A DNA stretch of 57,877 nucleotides from Gammaproteobacteria bacterium. GTDB taxonomy: Bacteria > Pseudomonadota > Gammaproteobacteria > Arenicellales > Poriferihabitantaceae. Shown in pieces: positions 37,383 to 46,968 of the stretch. The stretch is taken from the NCBI GenBank assembly GCA_011088265.1, contig JAALKB010000001.1, positions 107,576-165,452 of the forward strand. Direction: 5' to 3'. The translations under genes and the position numbers were made by a program. How positions within the stretch are numbered: position 1 is the first letter of the stretch; every line of letters starts with the position of its first letter. Below the pieces are notes generated by a model, which was not told the origin of the DNA, made no database searches, and saw only the letters and a program-made list of their open reading frames with translations.

Positions 37383-38428
37383 TAGTTATTTCCCCCTTTG
37401 ATGCCCTTTAGTAGCGTAGTTTTACTTACAACCCCGACATCTTTACCATCATCCGTTATCACGATGGGTTGATCCGTGGTAGTCGAGATATCAATTAACC
37501 CACTTAGATCAGTATCATGGGGCACTCTGGGAGCGACAGATAGATCATCGCCATGCTGCCATTCATAGTCCACCATTCTCTGCATAATAGAATGAGCAAA
37601 AATCAATTTCAGAGTTGATATTCCTTCAACAAAGTCCCTTACATAGTCATCAATCGGATTGGTAACAATCTCCTCGGGAGTCCCTATCTGGACAATGGCT
37701 CCATCCTTCATAATAGCAATTCGATTTCCTATTCGAATTGCCTCATCCAGATCATGGGTAATAAAAACGGTAGTTTTATCCAGGTCTGCTGACAATGCCA
37801 TAAACTGTTCCTGAAGCTGACGTCGAATTAACGGATCAAGCGCCGAAAAAGGCTCGTCCATTAATAACACTTCCGGGTCAGATGCTAGTGCACGGGCCAA
37901 TCCCACCCGTTGTTGCATACCGCCAGACAGTTCCCGAGGATAGCGATCTTCATAACCATCCAGATTCACTAAATCAAGACAGCGTTGAGAAACTTCCCAT
38001 CTTGTGGATTTGGGCTCACCTTGAACCTGAAGTGGAAATGCCACATTATCCCTAACCGTCCGATGGGGAAATAATGCCATGTGCTGAAACACCATTCCGA
38101 TATGAGCCGCCCGCAGCTTACGTAAATCGTCTTCGTTAAGTTTAAGCACATCCTTTCCAAGAACATTGATCTTTCCAGCTGTTGGCTCTATCAGCCTGTT
38201 TAGATGCCGAACCATAGTAGATTTACCTGAACCGGATAAACCCATCACACAAAAGATCTCACCTCTTGGAACCGAAAAAGAACAATCCGCAATACCAACG
38301 ACGCAGCCGAATTTCTCCAACACCTGAGGCTTGGATAGGTTATCTTCTTTAACGGCCTTCATTGCCTTTTCGGCTTTGTCGCCGAATATTTTCCAGACAC
38401 CTTCTAGCTCTATGACTTTTTCACTCAA
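37382..38428 (-). CDS. proV: glycine-betaine/proline-type ABC ATPase (ProV/OpuAA)
   Basis: Walker A GLSGSGKST, signature LSGGMQQRV, Walker B LLMDEPFSALD and a C-terminal CBS-like tail. Confidence 0.93.
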   Translation of the reverse strand: MSEKVIELEGVWKIFGDKAEKAMKAVKEDNLSKPQVLEKFGCVVGIADCSFSVPRGEIFCVMGLSGSGKSTMVRHLNRLIEPTAGKINVLGKDVLKLNEDDLRKLRAAHIGMVFQHMALFPHRTVRDNVAFPLQVQGEPKSTRWEVSQRCLDLVNLDGYEDRYPRELSGGMQQRVGLARALASDPEVLLMDEPFSALDPLIRRQLQEQFMALSADLDKTTVFITHDLDEAIRIGNRIAIMKDGAIVQIGTPEEIVTNPIDDYVRDFVEGISTLKLIFAHSIMQRMVDYEWQHGDDLSVAPRVPHDTDLSGLIDISTTTDQPIVITDDGKDVGVVSKTTLLKGIKGGNN

Positions 38429-38539
38429 GCTGATAATCCTCTAAAATATGGTGCTTGTAGTCTTACTCTAGTGTGATGTTCATCAGGAACACATACAAAC
38501 GAGACCTCAAGCATGTTGAACAAATCGAATACGTTCAAA

Positions 38540-38569
38540 AACACCCGTTACTGGAACACCCGTTATTGG
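38540..38569. repeat. tandem duplication, 15 bp x 2 (1 mismatch)
   Basis: aacacccgttactgg / aacacccgttattgg. Confidence 0.9.
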
Positions 38570-38635
38570 GCTCTCACATGATTCGTTATTATCCCGGTAC
38601 TGCCTAGGGAAATATCTACGATAACCATTTCATAC

Positions 38636-38670
38636 AAAACGAGCGGTGATCTCCACCGCTCGTTTTGTTT
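38636..38670 (-). terminator. bidirectional-looking rho-independent terminator downstream of proX
   Basis: AAAACGAGCGGTG-atctc-CACCGCTCGTTTT, a perfect 13-bp stem including the A/T tracts. It sits between proX and proV. Confidence 0.8.
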
Positions 38671-38739
38671 CTGATTATTATGACTACTTTACTTCACTGC
38701 GTGGAAAACACAAGGATTCGTCAGCAGGGCTCTACCCTG

Positions 38740-38779
38740 GTTAAATCCTATGTTAAATCCTATGTTAAATCACGCCTAT
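38740..38779. repeat. tandem repeat, 12 bp x 2 plus a third copy with a 4-nt insertion, reaching the proX stop codon
   Basis: gttaaatcctat / gttaaatcctat / gttaaatc-acgc-ctat. Confidence 0.9.
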
Positions 38780-39735
38780 TGCAGCCAGGTACTTACCAAA
38801 TCAGCATTTTTCTCAACCCACTCTTTCGCGAACTCTGCCTTGTCAACTTTATCGACAACAACTGCATAGGTCATTCCAGAAACGAGATCAGTGTCTAATT
38901 TGATGTTTGACAACATACTAGCCACACCAGGGTGGGAGTCCTGCAACGCAGTTGCATAGTGAACATGCAAATAAGCCAGGTCCCATGCAACAGGAGCCTC
39001 AGACTTTTCCAACCAATCAGGATCATCGGTAGGCTGAATCACATTCCATTTAGCAGCGTCATAATCTGGTTCACTGAGAATCACCAGATCGTGGAGAGCG
39101 AAAACATGGTTAGGCGTGTAGCAGAAAAAAGTGATGTTCTCGTCTTTCGCAACCGCACTATCAACCTCAGCCATCGCAAGGGTTTCGTCCATTTCTTTCA
39201 GCGACATGGTTTCGTTGTAACCATAGCTTTTCGCGCGGATCTTCTCAACATTGGTCGATGCCCAACCAGAGGCGCCAATCCAGACCTCACCCATGCCATC
39301 TCCGTCAGAGTCGAAATGTTTCGCCATATCCGGATCACTTAAGTCAGACAGGGCCTTGATTCCGGTTCTCTCAGCAGTACCCTTGGTAACGCACATGCCC
39401 TGGAACGCAGGCACACCATTAGGACTCATGGCAACTGTGCCTTTTTCCGTTACAAAGGTATTGTGAAGATTGGATTGGTTAGGCAACCAAACCTCTGGGT
39501 GAACATGCATACTGCCTGCATCCATGGCCTCAAATACTACAGGGTTTGTTCCACTTTGAAGCTCAACTTCCAAACCAAAGTTGTCTTCTATGACCACTTT
39601 GAGAATGTCTGCTGTTGCTGCCACAGAGGGCCAGTTAGGGACACCAATTACTACGTCAGCTGCCTGGGCTGCTGCGCCAAACACCATTGCTCCAGCAAGC
39701 ACAGGCGCCGTTATTTTTCGAGTTATTGCTTTCAT
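38776..39735 (-). CDS. proX: periplasmic substrate-binding protein of the OpuAC/ProX family
   Basis: Signal peptide MKAITRKITAPVLAGAMVFGAAAQA from the Met at 39735 (the ORF extends to 39789). Trp-rich binding-protein core. Confidence 0.82.
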   Translation of the reverse strand: MKAITRKITAPVLAGAMVFGAAAQAADVVIGVPNWPSVAATADILKVVIEDNFGLEVELQSGTNPVVFEAMDAGSMHVHPEVWLPNQSNLHNTFVTEKGTVAMSPNGVPAFQGMCVTKGTAERTGIKALSDLSDPDMAKHFDSDGDGMGEVWIGASGWASTNVEKIRAKSYGYNETMSLKEMDETLAMAEVDSAVAKDENITFFCYTPNHVFALHDLVILSEPDYDAAKWNVIQPTDDPDWLEKSEAPVAWDLAYLHVHYATALQDSHPGVASMLSNIKLDTDLVSGMTYAVVVDKVDKAEFAKEWVEKNADLVSTWLQ

Positions 39736-40165
39736 TTTTATACCTTTGGTTATTTTTTTCCGGAACGAACTAATATAAAACCCGCTCAATCATACTTTCT
39801 TTTTCAGGCTTTCCTGTCCACGGACAATCCTGTATTTTGCAATTTTGGAATACCAAATCCAATGATATCGAAATACAACCGCAAGGTTAGCATCTAAACA
39901 AAAGTAACGTTTATACGTGCCCAGGTTGCGCAGAAAAATGATATTGCGTAAGTTAAGTGTATTATTAATCCTAGTGCGATAGCAAGTTTGTGGATATTAC
40001 AGGCGAAACATCTGAAATTTGGCCCACCAGCCGTTGATTTCAGTAATGTTTTATCTTTATATTGCTTGTCTCAAAAATGTTTGCTCAAAATTCAAACAAC
40101 GCGTGTCACGAATCTTAATTCCATAGCACTGCTAACAACTAACAATAACCGATGTGGGAACTATC

Positions 40166-41065
40166 ATGAACAAACAGAATATTAGCCATCCATACTGGGG
40201 TATAGATAACGACTATGGCGTCCTCACTGATGTGCTGCTGGGAAAACCGAATTACTTCAAATGGGTTGAAGCCGGACCGCTAATTGGTCGCACGCTGCGG
40301 AATATGCACAAAACTGGTATTAAATTTGACTTTGATCTGGCTCAACGTCAGCATGCAGAAATGGTTAAAATCTATGAAAATGCCGGTGTGAAATGTCATT
40401 ATCTGGATTCTGACCCAGTGCTGCACAGAAATTTTTTCGCCAGAGATTCCAGTGCCATGACGCCCTGGGGAGCTCTGATCTGTCATATGCAACTTAAATG
40501 TCGACGAGCAGACTACCACACTGCAATAAAATTCTACCAGGACAACAACATCCCCATTTGGCAATATGCGACTGCAGGACATTTTGAAGGAGGTGATTTT
40601 GTTATTCTGGAACCTGGGACGGTATTGATCGGGTATTGCGGTGAGAGATCCGAACAGGAGGGATCTGAACAGGTCGCTGAATTTGTTCAAAAAGAAGGCT
40701 GGGATGTCGAAGTGGCACCGATCCCCGCTCTCTTTGTGCATATGGATGGGCTCGTTGTTCCTTTAGACCAAAAACTCCTGGTGACTTGTCTGGATGCTTT
40801 GGAGGGCTGGGTTGTTGACTGGCTAAAAAAGAAAGGTTTCTCCTTCGTTGATGTTGGGTTCAATGAAGCCAAAGATCTGGGAGTCAACCTGGTTTCCCTC
40901 GGTAACAAATGCGTCCTATCGATGTCAGGAAGTGTTAACCTCAATAAAAAACTCCGTTCGTTAGGTTATAAAGTCTACGCTCCAGATATGTCGATGTTCA
41001 CTTTGGGGGGTGGAGGCGTTCACTGTTTGTGCCAGGCGCTAAGACGGGAATCAGTAGAAATATAA
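40166..41065 (+). CDS. amidinotransferase-fold (DDAH / arginine-deiminase-like) guanidino-modifying enzyme
   Basis: About 300 aa. C-terminal GGGGVHCLCQAL, the catalytic-Cys context of the guanidino-group-modifying superfamily. An alternative GTG start lies at 40154. Confidence 0.75.
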   Translation: MNKQNISHPYWGIDNDYGVLTDVLLGKPNYFKWVEAGPLIGRTLRNMHKTGIKFDFDLAQRQHAEMVKIYENAGVKCHYLDSDPVLHRNFFARDSSAMTPWGALICHMQLKCRRADYHTAIKFYQDNNIPIWQYATAGHFEGGDFVILEPGTVLIGYCGERSEQEGSEQVAEFVQKEGWDVEVAPIPALFVHMDGLVVPLDQKLLVTCLDALEGWVVDWLKKKGFSFVDVGFNEAKDLGVNLVSLGNKCVLSMSGSVNLNKKLRSLGYKVYAPDMSMFTLGGGGVHCLCQALRRESVEI

Positions 41066-41186
41066 ACCCAAAAAATTAAGCCCTAAGGCCCCGTCAGGAC
41101 CCGGTTCGATGAACCGAATAGACCACCTGATCACCAAAATAACCATTAAGTCTTGAATATTAAGAAACTAAAGAATAGAAATCATC

Positions 41187-42437
41187 ATGTCAAATAGTGC
41201 AATAAAGATCGATGGCAGTAGGCTCTGGGATAGCATCATGGCCATGGCGGAAATTGGCCCTGGTGATGAGGGAGGGTCAAGACGCCTCGCTTTAACGGAT
41301 GAAGACAAAGAAGGTCGCGATATTTTCGTTCAGTGGTGCAAGCAGGCTGGTTGCCACATTACTATTGATGATTTAGGCAATATTTTTGCCCGACGTCCAG
41401 GACAGGATGATAGCTTGCCTCCGATCGTCGCCGGGAGTCATTTAGATACTCAGCCCCATGGTGGGAAATTTGATGGCATCTACGGCGTCCTGGCCGCATT
41501 GGAAGTTGTGCGGACTCTGAACGATCATAATATCACTACTCGTGCTCCCCTGGAAATTGTCATGTGGACGAATGAAGAAGGCTCTCGTTTCGCCCCAGCT
41601 ATGATCGCTTCCGGCGTATTTGCGGGATTGTTTACCAAAGAGTTTGCTTATTCCCGGGAAGATGTCGATGGTCTAACCCTGAAGGATGAATTAAAGCGCA
41701 TTGATTATCTCGGAGAGCAGCCTTGCGGCACACACCCTATCGGCGCGTTGTTCGAGGCACATATTGAACAAGGCCCGATTCTAGAAGCAAATCGAAATCA
41801 AATTGGAATCGTTATCGGTGGTCAGGGACAGCGATGGTTTGATGTCACCTTAAAAGGACAGGATTCTCACGCCGGCTCCACCCCAATGAAAGGTCGTAAA
41901 GATGCCTTGGTTGCTGCATCTGAACTCATACTATCTATCCAGCGCATTGCACTGGATTATGCCCCCCATGGCGTCGCTACCGTGGGTCAAATGTCCGTCA
42001 GCCCTAACTCCCGCAATACCATTCCAGGGGAGGTATTCCTAACAGTAGATATCCGTAACCCCGATGACGACGTCCTTCTTGAAATGCGTGATGCCTTCGA
42101 AGCATCGCTGGGGAAAGTTCATGACTCTCACGGCGTTGTCGTTGATAGCAAAGAAATATGGCACTGCCCACCTGTCGTATTTGATCAAGAATGCGTTTCT
42201 GCAGTAAGAAATGCAGCAAGCAGGATCGGCTATTCCCATCAGGATATTGTCTCTGGAGCGGGGCATGATGCTTGCCAGGTTTGTCGAGTTGCTCCTACAG
42301 CGATGATTTTCGTTCCATGTGAAGCAGGACTCAGTCACAATGAACAGGAGCATGCTGAACCAACAGATCTGGAGGCAGGATGCAATGTGCTGCTTCATGC
42401 CATGCTAGAAATGACGGAACAGGTTTCCTCGGAATAA
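41187..42437 (+). CDS. M20-family Zn amidase (N-carbamoyl-L-amino-acid / allantoate amidohydrolase type)
   Basis: 416 aa. GSHLDTQPHGGKFDGIYGV motif typical of the AmaB/AllC group. Confidence 0.85.
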   Translation: MSNSAIKIDGSRLWDSIMAMAEIGPGDEGGSRRLALTDEDKEGRDIFVQWCKQAGCHITIDDLGNIFARRPGQDDSLPPIVAGSHLDTQPHGGKFDGIYGVLAALEVVRTLNDHNITTRAPLEIVMWTNEEGSRFAPAMIASGVFAGLFTKEFAYSREDVDGLTLKDELKRIDYLGEQPCGTHPIGALFEAHIEQGPILEANRNQIGIVIGGQGQRWFDVTLKGQDSHAGSTPMKGRKDALVAASELILSIQRIALDYAPHGVATVGQMSVSPNSRNTIPGEVFLTVDIRNPDDDVLLEMRDAFEASLGKVHDSHGVVVDSKEIWHCPPVVFDQECVSAVRNAASRIGYSHQDIVSGAGHDACQVCRVAPTAMIFVPCEAGLSHNEQEHAEPTDLEAGCNVLLHAMLEMTEQVSSE

Positions 42438-42502
42438 AGATTACCCAAAAAGACTTTATCCAGAGATCACCTTTATTCGTACTTACTGAATTCTTCCACA
42501 CT

Positions 42503-42808
42503 ATGTGCAAAACAACAGAAATCGGTAGCGCTTCCTCCACCGTATTCATTGAAAACCAAAGAACCCGGGTGACCGAATGGCGGTTTTTGAAAAGAGACGA
42601 TAACACTGGCTGGCATCGACACGACTATGATTACGTTGTTGTACCATTATTTGACGGTACGTTAAAGATAAGGACTGAAGATGGGAATCTGACTCAGGCT
42701 CCGATGCTAAATGGAATACCTTATTTTCGCGAAAAAGGAGTTGAACATGATGTTATCAACGACAACGATTTTGAATGCGCTTTTGTCGAAATTGAATTTA
42801 TAAGATAG
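42503..42808 (+). CDS. small cupin-domain protein
   Basis: 101 aa from the ATG at 42503. GWHRHDYDY...VEHDV cupin motifs. The longer ORF from 42380 overlaps the M20 gene. Confidence 0.6.
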   Translation: MCKTTEIGSASSTVFIENQRTRVTEWRFLKRDDNTGWHRHDYDYVVVPLFDGTLKIRTEDGNLTQAPMLNGIPYFREKGVEHDVINDNDFECAFVEIEFIR

Positions 42809-42867
42809 CGATTTTTCGTTAAACGCCACCTCCACGAAAACACTGCACAGACTTCTAAAGAGTTGAC

Positions 42868-43827
42868 ATGAGCGATTACCCCGAGTTCTCTGATCCCATT
42901 ACTCGTCCCCGTTACACGGGCCTGCCCACTTTCATGCGAGCTCCCTATCAGGAAAATTTCGACGGAGTCGATATCGGTTTAATAGGAGTACCATTCGATG
43001 GTGGAGTAACTAACCGTCCCGGCGCTCGACACGGCCCAAGAGAAATCAGAAACCAATCAAGTCTGATTAGGAAAATGAATCAGGCAACTGGCATTTCACC
43101 TCATGAAATTTGCAGTGTAGCCGATATTGGAGATGCCTGGGTGCAGAAACCTTTCACCCTGGAGGGAAGCCATCAGGAAATTTATGGGTTTTACCAATCG
43201 GTAATGGATGCAGGAGTAACTCCGGTATCAGCGGGTGGGGATCACTCGATCACTCTTCCTATTTTTCGCGCACTAGCCAGAAAGGGCCCCATTGGAATGG
43301 TTCACTTCGACGCTCATTGCGACACTGGTGACGATTACATGGGTTCAAAATTTCACCATGGCGCACCTTTCAGCCGAGCCGTGGAAGAAGGATTACTCGA
43401 CCCCAAACGCACTATTCAAATCGGCATCAGAGGATCACTAAACGATCCCGATGTCTGGAAGTTTAGTCATGACTCCGGGATGCGGGTTATCTATATAGAA
43501 GAATACTTTGAAATGGGATACAAATCAGTTATCGAAGAAGCCCGGAAGATAGTTGGCAATGGCCCCACATATATCAGCTTTGATGTCGACGCCCTGGATC
43601 CCGTTTATGCTCCGGGAACAGGTACTCCAGAGATTGGTGGCTATTCCACTCTGGAGGCCCAAATGATGATTCGAGGATTAAGCGGGCTTAATTTAGTGGG
43701 AGGTGATGTGGTAGAGGTCTCCCCACCATTCGATCCAAGCGGTAATACTGCGCTAGTGGGAGCCACAATGATGTTCGAAATTCTTTGCGTTGTAGCTGAA
43801 TCATTACAATCCCACAAAGCGACTTAA
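42868..43827 (+). CDS. agmatinase-family ureohydrolase (agmatinase / guanidinobutyrase / guanidinopropionase type)
   Basis: Mn-site motifs GGDHSIT, HFDAHCDTGD and SFDVDALDP. Confidence 0.9.
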   Translation: MSDYPEFSDPITRPRYTGLPTFMRAPYQENFDGVDIGLIGVPFDGGVTNRPGARHGPREIRNQSSLIRKMNQATGISPHEICSVADIGDAWVQKPFTLEGSHQEIYGFYQSVMDAGVTPVSAGGDHSITLPIFRALARKGPIGMVHFDAHCDTGDDYMGSKFHHGAPFSRAVEEGLLDPKRTIQIGIRGSLNDPDVWKFSHDSGMRVIYIEEYFEMGYKSVIEEARKIVGNGPTYISFDVDALDPVYAPGTGTPEIGGYSTLEAQMMIRGLSGLNLVGGDVVEVSPPFDPSGNTALVGATMMFEILCVVAESLQSHKAT

Positions 43828-43914
43828 TGTGGACAGTAGACAGTAGCCCTGCTCCATGGCCCGAGATAGCTTAATAGGACTCCGGTCTGGCCGGCGCACA
43901 GATCGATACAATAG

Positions 43915-43950
43915 CAGAAATAGAAAAACTCACAGAAATAGAAAAATTAG
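43915..43950. repeat. tandem duplication, 18-bp period x 2 (14-bp identical core)
   Basis: cagaaatagaaaaa at 43915 and again at 43933. The second copy abuts the stop codon of the TPR gene. Confidence 0.9.
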
Positions 43951-44498
43951 ATAATATTCTGCTGAATCTGTTTTCTGATTAGCTTAATGCTCTCGCTGAT
44001 ATTGTGCATATGGGGGTTGTACTGTAGCGCCCTCTCGAGAAACACCAGGGCAGCAAGGTGATTTTCTAACTGCATATAAATCAGGCCCTGTCCTGATAGT
44101 GCACCAAAGTGGCGGGGTTCCAGTCTTAATGTCTGTTTTACATCACTGGTGGACAATTCATACTCCCCCATCATGTAATAAGCCGTGGCTCGCGCATTCC
44201 AGCCTTCAGCGAATTCCGGCGCTAGATCAACAACCTTTGAAAAATACTCAACCGCAACTTTCAAATCAGCCCCATGCATGCTTTGCATTCCCTGCGCCAT
44301 TAGCAGAGTGACATCTTCATCGTCAAAATGTCGCCAAACACGCCATATCTGGTTGGTAATGCTGACGGCCTCCACATGGTTTTCCGTCTCGTGCAAACGA
44401 TCAAAAAGGCCAACCAGTTCAGGATCGTTCTGATCGGCGTTGGCAGGAACCATAGCAAACAGCGCGAAAACAAGGGTAGTTTTAAGCAATATTCTCAT
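43947..44498 (-). CDS. secreted TPR-repeat protein
   Basis: GGAGG RBS ahead of the Met at 44498. Signal peptide MRILLKTTLVFALFAMVPANA, followed by TPR-like repeats. Confidence 0.72.
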   Translation of the reverse strand: MRILLKTTLVFALFAMVPANADQNDPELVGLFDRLHETENHVEAVSITNQIWRVWRHFDDEDVTLLMAQGMQSMHGADLKVAVEYFSKVVDLAPEFAEGWNARATAYYMMGEYELSTSDVKQTLRLEPRHFGALSGQGLIYMQLENHLAALVFLERALQYNPHMHNISESIKLIRKQIQQNII

Positions 44499-44649
44499 CG
44501 TTCTATCCTCCATATCATTAGGTTTGAACATCAGACACTATCAAGGTTCACTGAAAAACGTGTAAATTACAAGTTTCCAGACAGAAAACAAACCATTTAC
44601 TTCTTGAACAAAATACGAGCCGAATTACACAGAGTTCGAAAAATCACAA

Positions 44650-45627
44650 CTATGATAAGGCAGCTACAGCCGCTTCAAGCGTCTGGGCGTTTATGACAGA
44701 CAGATAGTCTGGAGCTCCCTCCATTCCCCTGAACGTTTTCTTAACGATACCTTCGAGATTAGGACGCTTTTCCCCTGCGGTATCTCCCTTCCCCAAGCCA
44801 CCACCAAATTCAATGAATAGCTGGACCTCGGCAGCTCCCAATGCTTGTAAGTTTCTATGCCACAAAACAGGATTGAATAGCTGAAGGAACAATCGGGACT
44901 TAATTGAACCAGGATACTCATTGTGGGAACCACCGGTGAAATTGGACATCACTCCAATTTCAGGAGAACAAAAATCGGCCTGCTCAAGATTACTCCTAAA
45001 ATGCGTTGCGGCGGTGACCATGTAAAAGGTATGAAAAGCGCCTTCGGTTTTTAAATGAGCACTTCTTTTTCTCGGAAATCTTTCGGCCATATCAACGACC
45101 AATGCCTCCAGATCCTCAGGCTTACCGCCCACTACATTTTGATCAGGAAGATTGCAGGCAGAAATGCCGCAATAGTGCCTCTGGGCCAGTGATGTCGCTG
45201 ATTCAAAATCAATCATAAGCGCTTCCATTTCACCCTCCCCATAGTCGCCCATCAATTCTCCCCGGCGCTTGACCAACTGCAACGCCAGTTCAAAAGTCAG
45301 CGACTTACCACAAACCAGTGCCGAATATTCGCCAAGACTATGTCCAGCCGCCATTGAAGGTTGAACCTTTCCCTCGGTTAGCTCCTCAAAAATTCGCATA
45401 CACGCAATAGAATGAGTCAGCAAAACCGGTTGAGTAAAACGGGTAAAATTGATTTGGTTCTCAGGGTCTTCAAACGAGAGCTTTTTTATGTCATATCCAA
45501 GCACATCGCTCGCTTCTTCGTAGGTTTGCTTTACGGAATCATATTGATCGTATAAATCCAGACCAATTCCGCGATACTGCGCCCCCTGCCCCGGAAACAG
45601 GAAAGCAATGTTCTTAACTTGCGACAT
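44650..45627 (-). CDS. fabD: ACP S-malonyltransferase-family acyltransferase (stand-alone)
   Basis: [10 protein letters not shown] and [10 protein letters not shown] motifs. It is not within a fabH/fabG/acpP cluster in this window. Confidence 0.75.
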   Translation of the reverse strand: MSQVKNIAFLFPGQGAQYRGIGLDLYDQYDSVKQTYEEASDVLGYDIKKLSFEDPENQINFTRFTQPVLLTHSIACMRIFEELTEGKVQPSMAAGHSLGEYSALVCGKSLTFELALQLVKRRGELMGDYGEGEMEALMIDFESATSLAQRHYCGISACNLPDQNVVGGKPEDLEALVVDMAERFPRKRSAHLKTEGAFHTFYMVTAATHFRSNLEQADFCSPEIGVMSNFTGGSHNEYPGSIKSRLFLQLFNPVLWHRNLQALGAAEVQLFIEFGGGLGKGDTAGEKRPNLEGIVKKTFRGMEGAPDYLSVINAQTLEAAVAALS

Positions 45628-45825
45628 AATGATGATTTAAAAATGGAAGAATTGAATAGCTATAGAATTATACGATCATTGGCCCGAAGTGGCTTCGAGA
45701 TTTTCCACGAAAAGGGCAAGATGCTTCTCATATTCAGCAAATACTTCTCTGTGGTACATGTATGGTTAATACCAAACCGCTACAATATCGGCATCGTTAA
45801 TAGAACACAATCTTCGGGTAGAAAA

Positions 45826-46719
45826 ATGACAACAGTAATTGACGGCAAAGCATTTGCAGTCGGACTTCGAAAGAAAATCGGAGATTCGGTATCATCTCTC
45901 ATCAATGAACATAATATAAAACCTGCTCTTGCTGTGGTATTGGTTGGGGAAGACCCAGCGAGTCAGGTTTATGTCCGCAACAAAGGCAAGCAAACCCTTG
46001 AAGCGGGCATGGATTCCATTGAACATAAGCTTCCTGTGGATACCTCAGAAGAAGATTTACTTTCTCTGGTAGATCAGCTTAATAACGACCCTAAAATTAA
46101 CGGTATTCTGGTTCAGTTACCTCTACCTAAACAGATTGATGAATCCAGGGTCATCAACACAATTAGCGTTGAGAAAGATGTTGATGGATTTCATATTGAA
46201 AATGTTGGAAAGCTCTCTATCGGCGAGGAATCATTAGTGCCATGCACACCTGCGGGTTGCATAATGCTCTTGAAAGATCATCTTGGTAGCTTATCCGGTA
46301 AAAATGCAGTGGTAGTGGGGAGATCAAATATTGTCGGCAAGCCCGTGTCAATGCTACTCCTAAAGGAAAGTTGCACCGTCACCATCACCCATTCCAGAAC
46401 TCAGGATTTACCCAGTGTTTGCCGTGAAGCAGATATTCTTATCGCCGCCGTTGGTGTCCCTGAAATGATCAAAGGGGAGTGGGTAAAGCCCGGGGCAGTG
46501 GTTATCGATGTCGGTATTAATCGCGTCAGCACCGACGAAGGTAAAACCAAACTGGTTGGAGACGTCGACTTTAAAGCCGCAATGGAAGTAGCCGGTGCGG
46601 CAACTCCAGTTCCTGGCGGCGTTGGCCCTATGACAATTGCCTGCTTACTTCGAAATACTGTCATTGCTGCCTGCCGCCAGCATAACGTAGAGATTCCCGA
46701 AGCGATAAAGTCATTTTAA
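45826..46719 (+). CDS. folD: bifunctional methylenetetrahydrofolate dehydrogenase/cyclohydrolase
   Basis: [11 protein letters not shown] start, [14 protein letters not shown] and GGVGPMT. The 69-codon upstream extension of the ORF overlaps fabD and is rejected. Confidence 0.93.
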   Translation: MTTVIDGKAFAVGLRKKIGDSVSSLINEHNIKPALAVVLVGEDPASQVYVRNKGKQTLEAGMDSIEHKLPVDTSEEDLLSLVDQLNNDPKINGILVQLPLPKQIDESRVINTISVEKDVDGFHIENVGKLSIGEESLVPCTPAGCIMLLKDHLGSLSGKNAVVVGRSNIVGKPVSMLLLKESCTVTITHSRTQDLPSVCREADILIAAVGVPEMIKGEWVKPGAVVIDVGINRVSTDEGKTKLVGDVDFKAAMEVAGAATPVPGGVGPMTIACLLRNTVIAACRQHNVEIPEAIKSF

Positions 46720-46744
46720 ACTTTAACTATTTTAAACTTTAACT
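46713..46744. repeat. perfect tandem duplication, 16 bp x 2, spanning the folD stop codon
   Basis: attttaaactttaact twice. The first copy contains the folD TAA at 46717-46719. Confidence 0.95.
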
Positions 46745-46968
46745 GTGGACTATAAGCTAACCTAATAGGCTAACCAGGGGAATCCATAGAACTACTAACT
46801 ATTGGCCCCGTTTATTTGACTCTTTTCGCCTAACGATAGCCGGCATATTTATGTTTTCGGCCTGGTGCTTTTAGCCTTTTGGCTTGCTGCTTTCGCCTAA
46901 GAAATATTCCGAATATGAGTGATGACTGAAAAGTTAAAATCAACATCAACACAAATTCAATTCGTAAA

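Noticed and set aside
38740-38779. Possibility that the short direct repeats are CRISPR arrays or a dispersed REP/MITE family
   Set aside because: Each site has only about 2-3 directly abutting copies with no spacers. The units at different sites are unrelated in sequence. No cas genes are present.
40280-40741. 153-aa minus-strand ORF inside the deiminase-fold gene. Similar antisense ORFs sit inside the M20 amidase gene (42039-42398, 42004-42219, 42331-42606).
   Set aside because: They are antisense shadows of genes with clear family motifs.
41103-41115. GGTTCGATGAACC, superficially like a tRNA T-arm
   Set aside because: The loop is 3 nt rather than 7. No acceptor, D or anticodon arms can be drawn from the flanking sequence. 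No tRNA is called anywhere in the window.
45619-45825. 69-codon N-terminal extension of the folD ORF
   Set aside because: The extension overlaps the fabD-like gene start and has no FolD similarity. [10 protein letters not shown] at 45826 matches the canonical FolD N-terminus.
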